DNA from: Octopus sinensis
Taxonomy: Eukaryota
DNA length: 64,000 bases
Reading direction: 5' to 3'
Assembly: GCF_006345805.1 (NCBI RefSeq)
Contig: NC_043008.1
Span: forward strand, 868,001 to 932,000
Part shown: positions 39,656 to 53,164 of the stretch, in pieces
Layout: each line of letters begins with the position of its first letter
How positions within the stretch are numbered: position 1 is the first letter of the stretch
Notes under the pieces: generated by a model
Database searches by the model: none
Seen by the model: the letters and a program-made list of their open reading frames with translations, nothing else
What the model was told of the DNA's origin: nothing
Position numbers and translations under genes: made by a program

Positions 39656-40496
39656 AAGTGCACAGATACATTTGTCCAAAACAAATGTTGCACTGCATCT
39701 TCCGACGATCAAACTAATTTAAATCTTGGTGGGAAAGGATGTTGGATGGTGATCGAATAAAATAAATCAAATAGAATAAATACTTGGCGCCAAGAGCAAT
39801 GGAAGAACATGAAGAAAGGCAGAAAACATTGTGAATATGGTAAATAGGATAAAAGTGAAATGAATGAAGCCAGTAATAGACGACATTTTTAAAGGTAAAT
39901 CAGGTTAAAAGGTTTTTTACATAGCAAATCCAATTTAAAGAAAATCAAATATTTTACCCCACTCAAAAATTATTCTTTGGAAATTTCCTCGGCGAAGGCG
40001 GCGTCTCTGTTTTACAAATCTAAAAGAAGCTATTAAGTTTTTGAGTTACATTTGGTTAATTCCTACTAATACACAAGTGAGATTAATTGATTAAAAAAGT
40101 TAGAAATGCAATGGAAAAGGCCAGCCTTAAAGCAAGTAGCAATAAAAGTGAGAAAAGAGGGGAAGTAATTAAGAAAGATGTCTAATTGGGAGACACCTAG
40201 TTCTGATGAGATGGAGCATTTCTAGCTTAAGAATCATTCCAATTTACAGGAGGAAATGCGGAATGATGGAAGAGTACCCAAAAGGTGGATGAGAGAACGA
40301 CACTTTTGATTGAAGGATAATTACAAAGCAACAGTTCTAGAGAAATTATCATCCAGTAAAATGTTTAAATGTGCTTCGCAAACTTTTAACGTGTCTGTTA
40401 CTGAACAAACATAATAACAATTTCTACTTAATTATCTTTTTCCTGCAGCATAAAGTAGACTCAGGAAGGGTCACACTGACCATAAATGTAGTAATT

Positions 40497-40711
40497 GTTT
40501 TCAAATTTTGGCACAAAGCTAGAATTTTGAAGAAAAGGGGTAAGTCGATTTGATCGACCCCTCTACCCAACTGGTATTTCATTTATCGACCCCGAAAGGT
40601 TAAAAGGTAAAGTCGACTTCGGCGGAATGTGATTTCCGAACGTGAAACGGACGAAATGCCGCTAATCATTTTACCCGGTGTTAATAATCATTCGACCTGC
40701 TCGCCGCCTTA
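40497..40711 (-). mobile_element. Family-1 SINE
   Basis: ATCGACCCCGAAAGGTTAAAAGGTAAAGTCGAC ... GCTCGCCGCC. Confidence 0.8.
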
Positions 40712-41236
40712 AATGATTCTAGTAATTGATTGTACGACAGGGGTAGATTTAAAAGCAAACCTATAATCTTGTGCCTCATCCACCACTAGTAATAGGCGTG
40801 ACTATGTTTGTTATTACTGAAAGCGTTATCAGCACCTTAACATCTAGCAAAGAAGACAACTTTATGTCGGTTATAAAAACGCTGGGTTTGCCCACATTAT
40901 GTATAGTTTTTTTCAAGATGATTCTTTTACTACGATATTGTGTTATTCTCGATGCATTTGTCAAGAATAATACATGCGACTGCGATTGACTACAGCTTAG
41001 AAAGGAAGTTCCAGTGATTACGCATCTATTTATAAAACGGTTTACAAAGTCATAAAATAAAACCGATATACTTCTAAAGACTATGCAAGAGTTGCCAGGA
41101 TGTCGTGATGTTAAACGTCATTCTATAGGAACGGGGTTTAGCATTTCAAATGTATGTTTTAGTTAGTGTGAAAAGAGGTAACAGAAAGAGAGGAAGAGAA
41201 TGTGCGTAAGAGAAGGAGAGAGAAAGTAAGAGAGAA

Positions 41237-41269
<33 letters not shown>

Positions 41270-41989
41270 AGAGAGAATACAGCTGCATGCATTTGCCATC
41301 TAGAAAAATTATTGGTTATCCTCAAAAGTTTGGCTACAAATATCTAGAATCAAAAATGAAAAGAAAATACCAGACAAAAAGCTGCTGTAGCCGGTTTCAA
41401 TGGAGAATAGGGCTGCATGCCAACCATTGACTTGGGCCTCGTCGACGACTAAGTCCTAAAATTCCGATTTCTTTACTTCGTGGGATATATCGAGTGTGTG
41501 CTCACAGGTCACTATATATTCAACCACGACGATTGTTTTTTATTCCTAGATAGTAGAAACATGTCTGGTTGGAGTGATGTTAATACTCTCTCCTCTGAGA
41601 AGACACGTCTGCCAGTCAGGTTTCTCTTGCATCTCTCAGGTGGAAGCTGCAGGCGAAATAGAAACTACGTACCTTTCCATTGCTTTCACGTTCGGAGACT
41701 TGTCACCTTTCTTTAAGAATTTGGTGGTCCTTTGCTGGGTGGGGTTAATGGTTACTAACTTACACGTTTTGCAAATCTGTCCACTTGACAATTTCCGCAG
41801 AAACACTGTCATGTCGCCACATGTTTTGACCTCATCCCATTGCATCCGGTTAAAATGTGGTTCAAGTTGCAAACAGGTATTCATCATTACATGCGGGGTG
41901 CCCTTTTTCTTTACCCCACATTTTAAGGTCGTTTGGGGTTGGTTATAGGTCAGTGATAATACGAAGGAGGAAAGACACTCTTTCTTGTT

Positions 41990-42210
41990 GAGTGCTCAAA
42001 CGTTCCTTCCAGGACAGTGAGCGCTCAAATGCTTGGTGCAACTGCATCCATTGAACCGGCTGGGAAAGCTCTACTGCCTTCACACGATCACCTTCCTCAG
42101 CTGAATCACGGATCCTTTAGTAGAAGACGTTTGCCCAAGGTGCCATGCAAGGGGACTGAATCCGGAGCCATGTGCTTGGTAAGCAACATACTTACCACAC
42201 AGTCGCTACT
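41990..42210 (-). mobile_element. Family-2 SINE, degraded
   Basis: GAAGACGTTTGCCCAAGGTGCCATGCA..GACTGAATCCGGAGCCATGTG..CTTACCACACAG. Confidence 0.7.
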
Positions 42211-42215
42211 ATGCC

Positions 42216-42249
<34 letters not shown>

Positions 42250-42312
42250 ATACAAATATATCTCTCTGGCTCTCTCTGTCTCTCGTTATATATATATATT
42301 TAGAGAGAGAGA

Positions 42313-42545
42313 GACGCAATGGCCCAATGGCTAGGGCATGGGACTCGTGGTCGTAGGATCGCGGTTTCTATTCCCAGACCGGGCGTTGTGAGTATTTATG
42401 GAGCGGAAACACCTAAAGCTCCACGAGGCTCTGGCACTCTTTCTTCTGTTGGCCTGCTCGCTTAGCCAGCGGAGTGGCGTCATTTGAAGTGCATTGTGAC
42501 CATCGATGTATAGCATCACCTAATAGCGTGGTTGGTCCCGTGATC
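42313..42545 (+). mobile_element. Family-3 tRNA-derived SINE
   Basis: Head GCAATGGCCCAATGGCTAGGGC (A-box-like) and GGTTTCTATTCCC (B-box-like), followed by a non-tRNA body. Confidence 0.65.
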
Positions 42546-42630
42546 ACGTGATATATATATATACGAAATTATATACATATCCATATATATGATTAAAATC
42601 AAAATAAGCAACAAGGATATCCAGAGGGAA

Positions 42631-42717
42631 TGCAGTACGATCGTTTCATGCAACTCCATTTAATTGAACAATGGACTCATTACATCAATTTAAAATGTAG
42701 AGCAATCTTCAGCTGCA
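42631..42717 (-). ncRNA. Type I hammerhead ribozyme candidate with enlarged helix II
   Basis: Minus strand: TGCAG-CTGAAGA-(T)TGC...GCA(T)-GAAAC-GATC-GTA-CTGCA. Helix I is TGCAG/CTGCA, helix III is the palindrome ACGATCGT, and the cleavage triplet is GUA. Confidence 0.7.
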
Positions 42718-43298
42718 CAAAGACATAGAATTTAATTAAAATAGAACAGATGGACACATTAGTATAATTATACCTATAATCTACCAGAAGTTAAGGAGAT
42801 AGACAAAGAACATTTCTTTACTTCAGCATAGAAGTTACTAAAATTATCAAGACTCAGTTTACCACTGATTTTTTGTCTTTATGGTGTCTGCTTTAATTTA
42901 TAGACTAGTTTATCAAATCCCTTGTATATCTAAGACTGAGAGAACACAAGGCAGTATCTGTTAGGGGTAGGGCTGAGTGAGTTGACAGAGATTCTAGTTG
43001 GTATAGTCATAAAGAAATCAAGATTTATTATAAGCAATATCATTAGGTTTAGTTAAGGAAAACTTAAACCAAGATGTTAGCTGATAATTAAGGGCGTCGC
43101 CCATTAGCAGAATATTGATAATGAAACAGGGGAAGTCTTATCATATGGTACTAAACTTAAATATCTTAAACAATGTTACTATGCATACAGTTAAAGAATC
43201 GGGTTATTAAGAATATCATAACAAAAGGATAGAAAATTTGGCAGTTTTCTCTAATACATATATATATATATATATAATTGTGTCTGTGTGTGCGTGTA

Positions 43299-43334
<36 letters not shown>

Positions 43335-43369
43335 CACACACATACATACATATATATATGTATATATAA

Positions 43370-43404
<35 letters not shown>

Positions 43405-44011
43405 TATATATACCTGCATTCATAGAAGTACCTCTCACTCACACGACTCTCATTCTCTATATGTAGATGAGTGTATTCGAATGAGAGAATCTGTATGTTT
43501 GTATGTATGTACGTATGCCTATATATTACTGGGCAGAACAGTAGGCACCGATATTCAATATACATTTAAATGCCTAAGGGCAACTTTTCTTTTCATCTTT
43601 TCGGGTTCGATAAATTAAGTAACAGTTGCGTACTGGAGACGATCTAATCAAATAGGCCCTCCCCCAAAATTGTGGACGTTGTGCCTCGACTAGAAAATAA
43701 TATTCATCATATACGCATATACAATTTATATACAATTTATATTGATGCATTCACATCTAAATCGTGGATATATTTTCACATTCAACTATATTGCACCCAT
43801 GCATACACACTATCGTAATATTTATATAAATATACATATAATTCAATACATACATACCTACATATATATATATATACATATATATACATATATACGTATA
43901 TATATGCATATATATTTACACGTATATATACATATATATATATATATATGTGTATGTGTATGAGTGTGCGTGTATATATATATATATTTACATAAACATA
44001 CATATATATAT

Positions 44012-44055
<44 letters not shown>

Positions 44056-44060
44056 CATAA

Positions 44061-44140
<80 letters not shown>

Positions 44141-45441
44141 GGAGATGAATGTACACTTATATATTCGTAACATATAATTCAAATATACATTATGTGAATA
44201 CATACAAACAAATACATACATAGAAAAACATACGTTGATATATATAGGAATATATATGAATAACACAGAGAGGACTGTACATGTGAGACAGACAGAATCA
44301 AAGTCTTCCAGTTACATACATACCTGCATACATACAGTTATACATACATACATACATATATACATACATATATGCATGCATACATGCACACATACATAGG
44401 TTCATGTATTTTTATATATACATCTATGCACATATATATGCCTATATATACATGTATACATGGACATATATATGTGTACATATGTAAATAAATGTACATC
44501 TGTGTATGTATGTGCGTGTGTATATGTTAATCTATTTTTCTATCTATCTATACATGTATACACACACATCGTCCAAACACACACATACAAATATATTTAT
44601 ATATCTGTATATAAGCTATTAAATGTACTTATGTAAATGTGTGTGTGTACATATATATATATATATATATAAATATATATATATAATTATATACGTCTGT
44701 TCCTGAGTGTGTATATATCCGTCATTTTGTACGTGAATAAATCGTTTCCTTTTTTTCCCATTATTTGTTTCATTGTATATGTATGTTTGTTTTGCTTTTC
44801 TTCTTTTTCTTCCAATGTTCCATTCGTTCTCTCTCTTTCTCTCTCTCTCTACCTTTAGCCATGTCTCTCTCTTTTTATTTCTCTCGCTCTGTGTCAATGT
44901 ACGCTATAATGAAGTCTGTAAACAAACATCGTTAGCACGCTATCTGTTGCACACATCTGCAAGAATTGGCGCAAGTTATTTGACAAGGGAAAGAACTGCG
45001 GTGGACCTAATGTGAAAGCTCCACATCCTTCTGCAGCCGTTCGGCTTGTTTATGATAATAGGCTAAGAATGGAAGATAAAACATATATAGGAGTAATGTT
45101 AACACATGTACGCAGTGATAGACAATAAATTAAGCAACACACACGCACGGACACACGCACACACACACACACAACGGAGAAGGCATTTGACAAGAATTGG
45201 GTTGCCCATGGTTTTATATGTTCCTGATTACATTTCTTTTAATTAGTTTTAGATAGCGTAACAATAGTTATTTAGCACAGCAATACACCGTGTAAATTAA
45301 TGGATGCAGAAATATACATACATATATGCACATATATATATATATTTATATACATATATATATATATATACATACATATATATATTTATATATGTATATA
45401 TAAATATATATATATATATATATACACATATATATATATAT

Positions 45442-45489
<48 letters not shown>

Positions 45490-45663
45490 ATATATATATA
45501 TATATATATCACAATCAAGGAACGGCCATAATAGGCCATTCACCCACTAGAAATAACAGCCAAAAAGCTTCAACCGCAAAATAACATTAATTCCGTAAAT
45601 CAGGAGAAAATTAAAAAACATTTACCCTGAAATTCCTTAGACGATGCACCGTTTCTTCTACTG

Positions 45664-45723
<60 letters not shown>

Positions 45724-45853
45724 TTCAGCAGAAATTAGATTCAGATGAATATGGTACTTAAGTTAGAGGCACCAGAATTTTGTATGGTATTATCCATATA
45801 AATCAAATGGGGTGATTATAATCAAAATAAGCAACAAGGATATCCAAAGGTAG

Positions 45854-45941
45854 TGTAGTACAATCGCTTCATGCTACTTCATTTAATTAAACAATGTAAG
45901 CATTATATCAGTTTTAAAATGTAGAGCACTCTTCAGCCACA
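45854..45941 (-). ncRNA. Second, degenerate copy of the same hammerhead family
   Basis: Minus strand: TGTGG-CTGAAGA-GTGCT...AGCAT-GAAGC-GATT-GTA-CTACA. GAAA is mutated to GAAG. Flanks are homologous to 42596-42830. Confidence 0.6.
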
Positions 45942-46283
45942 TATAAATTACTTTTAATTAAATTGACAATGTTCATTATTATACTTATTCCATTTGCCAA
46001 CATTATAAAGAGCGTAGGTATATAGACAGAGACGTGAATTTCATCAATAAAAACATAGTAGTAGAAGATCTTAACTCATGGGCATATATACATACATACA
46101 TACATATATATATATATACATATATAATATACATATATATATATATATATATATAAATATATATACTTATATATACATATATATATACGTATATATATAT
46201 ATACAGACATCATGTATATACATAAATATATATATACACATATATATATATATGTGTGTGTGTGTGAGTGTGTGTGTGTGTGT

Positions 46284-47255
46284 CTGTGTTTGTCTCCTCA
46301 TCCATTATCGCTTGACAACCGATGCTGACGTGTTTACGTTCCCATAAAAACGCGAATATATCAACGTTGAATAACAGAACCTGATATATTCGCTTCTTTT
46401 TTCTCTGAATGTTTACAATATTAAGATTTTAACCCACGTGGACTTACGCAGGATTGCTCCTAAGGCCTTATGCATTTCTTTCTACAGCATCGGTAATTTG
46501 AACTATGAACATTTATGCCTCTTTTTTATTCTCTCTCTTCATCTCCCGATTCATTTACTCCTTTCTTGTATATTGTCATTCCATTAATATCTACCCTTCT
46601 CACTTCCCCTATTTTTCCTATTCCTCTGTAAAGACGGAATATCCCATATTCGGGGATATCCCAGAAACAGCTGTAAGACTTTAACATTTTTCCAATAATA
46701 TTAATGTATATATTTATGTGTGTGTGTGTGTGTGTGTGTTTGTGTGTCTGTGTTTGTCTCCTCATCCATTATCGCTTGACAACCGATGCTGACGTGTTTA
46801 CGTTCCCATAAAAACGCGAATATATCAACGTTGAATAACAGAACCTGATATATTCGCTTCTTTTTTCTCTGAATGTTTACAATATTAAGATTTTAACCCA
46901 CGTGGACTTACGCAGGATTGCTCCTAAGGCCTTATGCATTTCTTTCTACAGCATCGGTAATTTGAACTATGAACATTTATGCCTCTTTTTTATTCTCTCT
47001 CTTCATCTCCCGATTCATTTACTCCTTTCTTGTATATTGTCATTCCATTAATATCTACCCTTCTCACTTCCCCTATTTTTCCTATTCCTCTGTAAAGACG
47101 GAATATCCCATATTCGGGGATATCCCAGAAACAGCTGTAAGACTTTAACATTTTTTCCAATAATATTAATGTATATATTTATGTGTGTGTGTGTGTGTGT
47201 TTGTGTGTGTTTGTGTGTGTCTGTGATTGTCTCCGCAACATCGCTTGACAACCGA
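46284..47255. repeat. Tandem duplication with a ~465-bp unit (two near-identical copies plus a diverged start of a third)
   Basis: CTGTGTTTGTCTCCTCATCC starts at 46284 and 46748; a diverged CTGTGATTGTCTCC starts at 47221. Confidence 0.93.
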
Positions 47256-48010
47256 TGCTGTTGTAGTTGTTATAGTAGCGGGTTTTTTTTTTAATTACTG
47301 GCGTAGAGTGGAAGAGATGTGTTTTAAGCTTAGTGTTGGGGATATAATAAATTTCTTCGCGAAAGATGCTTATTTTGAGGGTATGATTATAATAAGGGGT
47401 GTAGATGTTAAAAATTTCTTCGTTAGCTGATAAGTTAGAGATTCTGATAGATATGCTTCTGACTATACAATTAAGGGTAAGTTTAGGATGATTAGACAGA
47501 ACATTTCTGTATTGTAAAGAGTGGTTCTGTTTAAGGAAAGGGTGGGATGAATTTCTGTTTAAATCAAGAGTAACGTCTAAGAAAATGGCCACCTTAGTGT
47601 CAATTTCGAAGGAAATACGTAGATTTTAGTTTTCAAAACAATTGTGTTGGGCTTTCTTGGTGGGTTCGACTGACGATGTAGATAATCCAGTTGCGGAAAG
47701 GAGTGCATTATCACTGTAAAGTCTGCCAGATAAGTTGGGGAGGTATTGTGTAATTTGGGAGAGAAGGAATAGGGCAATAATGTCAGTAACCTGTACAAGG
47801 CGCTCATGGTTATATAGAAATAATCCGTAGATGAGTTGCAGGTCCATTTATTCTCCTTAAAGTGCTTATCACGGTCAGTCTTTATTGTATTGTTATCAGT
47901 TCTTAAACCATATTGTCCGGGCCGCGAAAATAATGAAAGGAAAACATCGTGTGGCCGGAGAATATCAGAATGAATATCTCGGAAGGATTCCACGACAATT
48001 AAGGACAAAT
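47255..48010 (-). mobile_element. Penelope-like RT remnant
   Basis: FYITMS (FDITMG position) and FLDVTLDL..HPFLKQN..Y.NVLSNHP..SISIRISNLSANEEIFN..PYY, the RT palm/thumb region of PLEs. It may extend to ~48400. Confidence 0.8.
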
Positions 48011-48627
48011 GTGAGATGTTAAGACGTGATGAATATTATGTGAAATATCTTAAAATATCTAAAGACATTCACATTCATTCACACAAATACCTAGAAGATA
48101 AGCACATATTTATCTAGATATTTTACAAGAGGGAATCATTTCGAACACTCTTCCGCACGTATCTATAGACACATCTGATTCTCACACACATGGATGCGAA
48201 TATCCAGAAATTACTTGAGTTAGATAAGTGAACCTTGTGTTTTGTTAACAGCTGTTTTCTAGTTGTGAAAACAAGTCAGATTTAACGAAAACACCAAAGA
48301 TACGCCGGGAAGTGTCTAGACTTTAGCTTGTCACAATTGTTAATGGCTATTTTCTAGACTGTTAGGAAGAATGTATCATACATACAGACATATATAAATA
48401 TAGACAAATATAAATATTCTGTCTAATATTTGGTAAATATGGCAGAGACATTGGCCATCACACAAAATATTTATTTCAGTCGAAATATTACGCCGTATGA
48501 ATATAATAATTTATATAAAGGCTGCTTGGTATTGAAGCTCGTTTTCTAATCAAGAGATTTCGTGTACATTCATACTGCGGTTCTCTAAAGTAAGTGTCTT
48601 CTATTATAGCTTCACATGTCGACAAAT

Positions 48628-48997
48628 ATCATGGTAGCTAGTACTTATTTTATCGACCACGAAGGCATGAAAAGACACCGACGGAATTTGAACTCAGAAC
48701 GCAGCGATGGGCGAAATAACTCTCAGCATTTCGTCCAGCTAACGATTCTGCCAGCTCGCCACCTTTTTTACATGTTCTAATAATCTTTTCTACTTTAGGC
48801 ACAAGGTCTGACATTTTTGGGGAGTATCCCAGTCGATTAGATCGATCCCAGTACGCAACTGGCCCTTAATTTATCGACCCCGAAAGGATGAAAGGCAAAG
48901 TAGACCTCGGCGGAATTTGAACTCAGAACGTAAAGACAGATGAAATACCGCTAAGCATTTCGCCCGGCGTGCTAACGTTTCGGCCAGCTCGCCGCCT
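48628..48997 (-). mobile_element. Two adjacent family-1 SINEs
   Basis: Two runs ending GCCAGCTCGCC (~48773 and ~48997). Confidence 0.85.
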
Positions 48998-51909
48998 ATT
49001 TTACGTGTCTTATTGATGCCTTCTATTAGTCAGCGACCGAACAAAATATTTTGTTATTAACTGGAAAGAAAAATGCACTACTAGCGAAATGCGAAAGACA
49101 TTGTAAAATATAGTTTACTTTTTAAAAAGTGTTTTGCATGTATTTTGGAATAATTTTCTCGTTCCTTGGAAGTTATTTTTGCTAGAAACTTCCCGAGCAA
49201 CTCCACTGATTGAAATACTCAGTTCGTTCAGTTGTCTATACATCAATTAGATTTTGCTTTTTCTTACTTCCTTTCTTGTTTATGGATGCATCGCAGCATG
49301 GTAACGTCTTCTAACTTAGAATATATTGCGCACATCTGTCGTAAATTCGGTAAATAATTATTTTATGCCTGCTGTAGACATACTTGTGGAGAAGAAAACT
49401 TGTATGCGCAATTTATTATCTGCTAGATATCTCTCTCGAGTTTGTTTAAAGTATAATTTCGAGAAATTCATTAACCAATGTCTTTATTAAATTTACTTTT
49501 TCGTAGTGGTAATTAGATAAAGTTGAATATGCATTTGGATTATACGAGAGGATTTGACGGGAACTGGTCCATATTTATGCTACAGCTATCTTAATCTTAC
49601 CATAACTGAATTTGAATTAAATTTGAATAAACTACAATGCGCAAAAATTCCTGTGGTATCTATTGTATTCTATCTTATCTAAATCATTAAAACTATATTA
49701 AACAGAAATATTTGTACCCAACTGAACCAATGTAGAGCTACTTCCATGAGAAGAACAGCTGCAAATCTTCATGAGATAATATCTTGTACCTTCATGGATT
49801 AATATCTTGAATTCTTAACAGAGGAAGAGGACAATTCAATGTTCTGTAAATGCAGTGATGTAAGGAAAATATAGATGAGAAGCTCACGGCTGGAGCCTCT
49901 TTAGTCAAACGTCTGCTGGATCATTGTTGACTATAAGAAAGAACAATATAGATTATGTGGTCTGAGATAAATTGATTTTAATAATATTACTGGGTGCTCA
50001 CAGCTGAAATGTCTGTATTGATAGGAAAGTTGGATGAGGGCTGACTTGGGAGAAAACACCTATAGTGAAGAAAACAGAAAACATAACAAAGGAAATATCA
50101 AAAGGAAATTTTGGGAATTATTTTGATAATCGGTGTAAAAGTTAAGTGCACGAGAAAGCTAGCTTCTACTAAGAAGTACTCATGAGATTATGTGATCCTA
50201 GATGCACTGTTTCTCCAAAAGAAAACGAAAAGAAAAAAAAAACGTCTGAGTGGTCAAAACCAGACCATTTTGGTAAAAGACCTGACGAATCGGGGGTTGA
50301 TTATAGAGTAAAAGCCAGGATTTTCACGACGAGAATGGTCTATGTTCTTTGATCACAGTTCATCTGTATCAAAGTTGACAAAGGAATAATCAATGTAATT
50401 TCTTCTAAATTTACACCCTGTATTTTTCAACAAACAATTTTAAATTTTCATACCAAAATTTGCAAGCCAAGAAAGGGATATCGAATTATATGTGAAGCGA
50501 TTTTGGAATATCAAAATTGTCATGAAATGCTGCTGGATTTGGAAAGATGGTGACAATATTTGAATGTTTACACTGCACTTCTACACTAGATATTAAGGCA
50601 ACTTCTATGCCAGAAAATACGGCAAGTTTTTCCAACATTTCTAATTTACTAAACAATACCATACTATACGCAAATATAACTGACGCTGAAAAATTTCTCT
50701 TCGCAAAAACATGGATTCAGCTTCGGTCCCACATGTTAGCTACATGTCATGTACTATCGGCTAAGAGCGATAAAAACTTCATCAATGAAGACCATTTAAT
50801 TGAAGTTATACAAACTCATCGAATTGATAGATGTGTTGGGTATATTATCTTTTGTCTGAGGAACGGTTTAACATCACCGCCTGTCATTTACGTCCGTATG
50901 GCGTAGTGAGATATTTCTATAATAATTGTACCAATGAGGAGACGGTTATATTTTCCTCCCTCCAGTTTCATAGGTCACTGGAAAATGGATCATGAGTGAT
51001 GACTATCAACTTTGATCGAGAATTAAATTTCAAATAAATGAAAGTACTGTATATCAGCATCACGAACCGCGCCAATATAAAAGATATTAATAATAATAAA
51101 AAAAGCAGAAGTTTGTATCTGACAGAAAGTATTGTTACAAATAAAAATCAACGTCAAGATATGTGTCAAAAAATAAAAACACAAATTATTGGATTAATAA
51201 CTCTGGAAAAACACAAACAAGTCGATTTAAATAATACAAAAGCGGAACAAAAGAATAAAAAGCAAATATCTTCCTCGTTAAAATTATTCAGCAGCCTGAT
51301 CTCTTCTTCCTACAATATCTAATATTGGACATGAACATTATTATCTATGAAATGGAAGAGTGTAAGAGAATGGCACCAAAATATGAGGCAGCTGGTTTTT
51401 CTTTTCATATATTCTTTGAGAAGATTCTGCAATGGAAGAGACACTGTAAAGATAGTCTAATTGTTAAACCATATTTTGCATCACGTTTTCTGTCATTTGC
51501 CGTTATTTATTTCTATATCTATTTACTTATTTACTTATATAAATATATATTATTTATTTGTCTGTTTGATTATATAATTTATATGACGATATAAGGAGAG
51601 CATTATCGATGCTTATAGATTACTTACGTGTCTACCAATGGTTCATAAATAGAGCTTCAAGAGAACGTCTACTGCAATTGGTTGCAAAGAATGTTGTTCT
51701 TGCATCGGACTGCGATCGAAGAGCACCGTTTTCTCGCACCGATGTACACCGCCGAAAAGACCATAGTCAGATAACCGACCACTGCACACTCACAAACACA
51801 TATACAATGTCATGTATGTATGTATGTGTGCATGTATGTATGTATGTATCCACGCACACACACACACATATATATATATGTTGTTAATTAAAAAATGACA
51901 AAAATCATT

Positions 51910-51937
51910 TACAGCTGTTTCAGTCCAAGACCTTCAG
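51910..51937 (-). ncRNA. Defective minimal (PLE-type) hammerhead
   Basis: Minus strand: CTGAA-GGTC-TTG-GACT-GAAAC-AGCT-GTA. The core lacks 2 nt of CUGANGA; helix III is the palindrome ACAGCTGT. Confidence 0.45.
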
Positions 51938-52840
51938 GAAATTAATTAATACAATTAAAAATTATTTGGAAATCGAATTTCGTCAGAGGTAGTTTAAGAT
52001 ATACAAAATAGGTGTTCAACTCCTACAGGGTGAATGAACGACTGCAGACCGTTAACTGATAAAATGTATGCATACAGAACATAGTATAAAACATAGTATA
52101 GATCTTAGAAACGGGAAAAAGGTAGTGTATATTGGAGTTGTAAAGGAAGAAAATATTAATATATTCATCTGGGTGATAGATAAATGAAAACCGCAACTAG
52201 GTATATTGGTATAAATGTCTTACATTGTGATATTATGTCCATCCATATTAAAGCAATTGAAAATTAGTATGCAGAATTTAATTAAAGTGTGTACAGGTAT
52301 TATTAATATTTAATTAAGGTGGAAGACATTCCAGACAATCTATTATAAATATCGAAATGGTGAAAAGGATTATAAGATATATTAACTTAAAGTTAGGATA
52401 ATTAAAATTATGAAATAAAATCAAGAATGAAATAGAATAAAATAATTAATAAATAAAAATAGAGTAAAATAAATAAATGAATAAAGACTTACAAAATAGA
52501 CAACGCGTGTAGAATTGGAGGTAGCTTTCCTCAGGATGTGGACATAGGTGTCAATGGGCTTTGTGAACTGACTCATGCCCTCCATTTACGAATGGCCGTT
52601 TTGAACACCCAGGGAGAACATGCACGGTACTGAACATACCACACCCTACAATCTGAAAGTGCTGGATCCGCCCATTTCCAGAACACATGACAACGACCCA
52701 CACACTGTGGTCAAAGCGCATCCAAGAAATTGAATTTATCAGATTTATCAAAACTCATCTCTGATATAATGAAATTAAAACATATTTCACAGTCACACAC
52801 CTCTCGCGTTTATTTTGCGTTTCGGTGTATGTATAAGTTC

Positions 52841-52934
<94 letters not shown>

Positions 52935-52951
52935 TCATTTAACACGTTTAT

Positions 52952-53095
52952 ATATTCAAACTTTTCTCGAAAATCGTCTCAAAAAGGCAAACAAAAAGTG
53001 AGACAAAACAAACACAAACAACAAAGTCCCCTTAGCAGCTCTCGCTCCTGATGTCATGGAACTTTCAGCAACGCTGATATATATATATATTATAT

Positions 53096-53164
<69 letters not shown>

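Noticed and set aside
41380-41990. Cys-containing minus-strand reading (ICKTC, ACNDEY) suggesting a GIY-YIG or zinc motif
   Set aside because: Motif order and spacing do not fit a PLE endonuclease convincingly; too degraded to call.
50547-50906. 119-aa non-repetitive ORF
   Set aside because: No recognisable motif and starts at an alternative codon context; length is compatible with chance.
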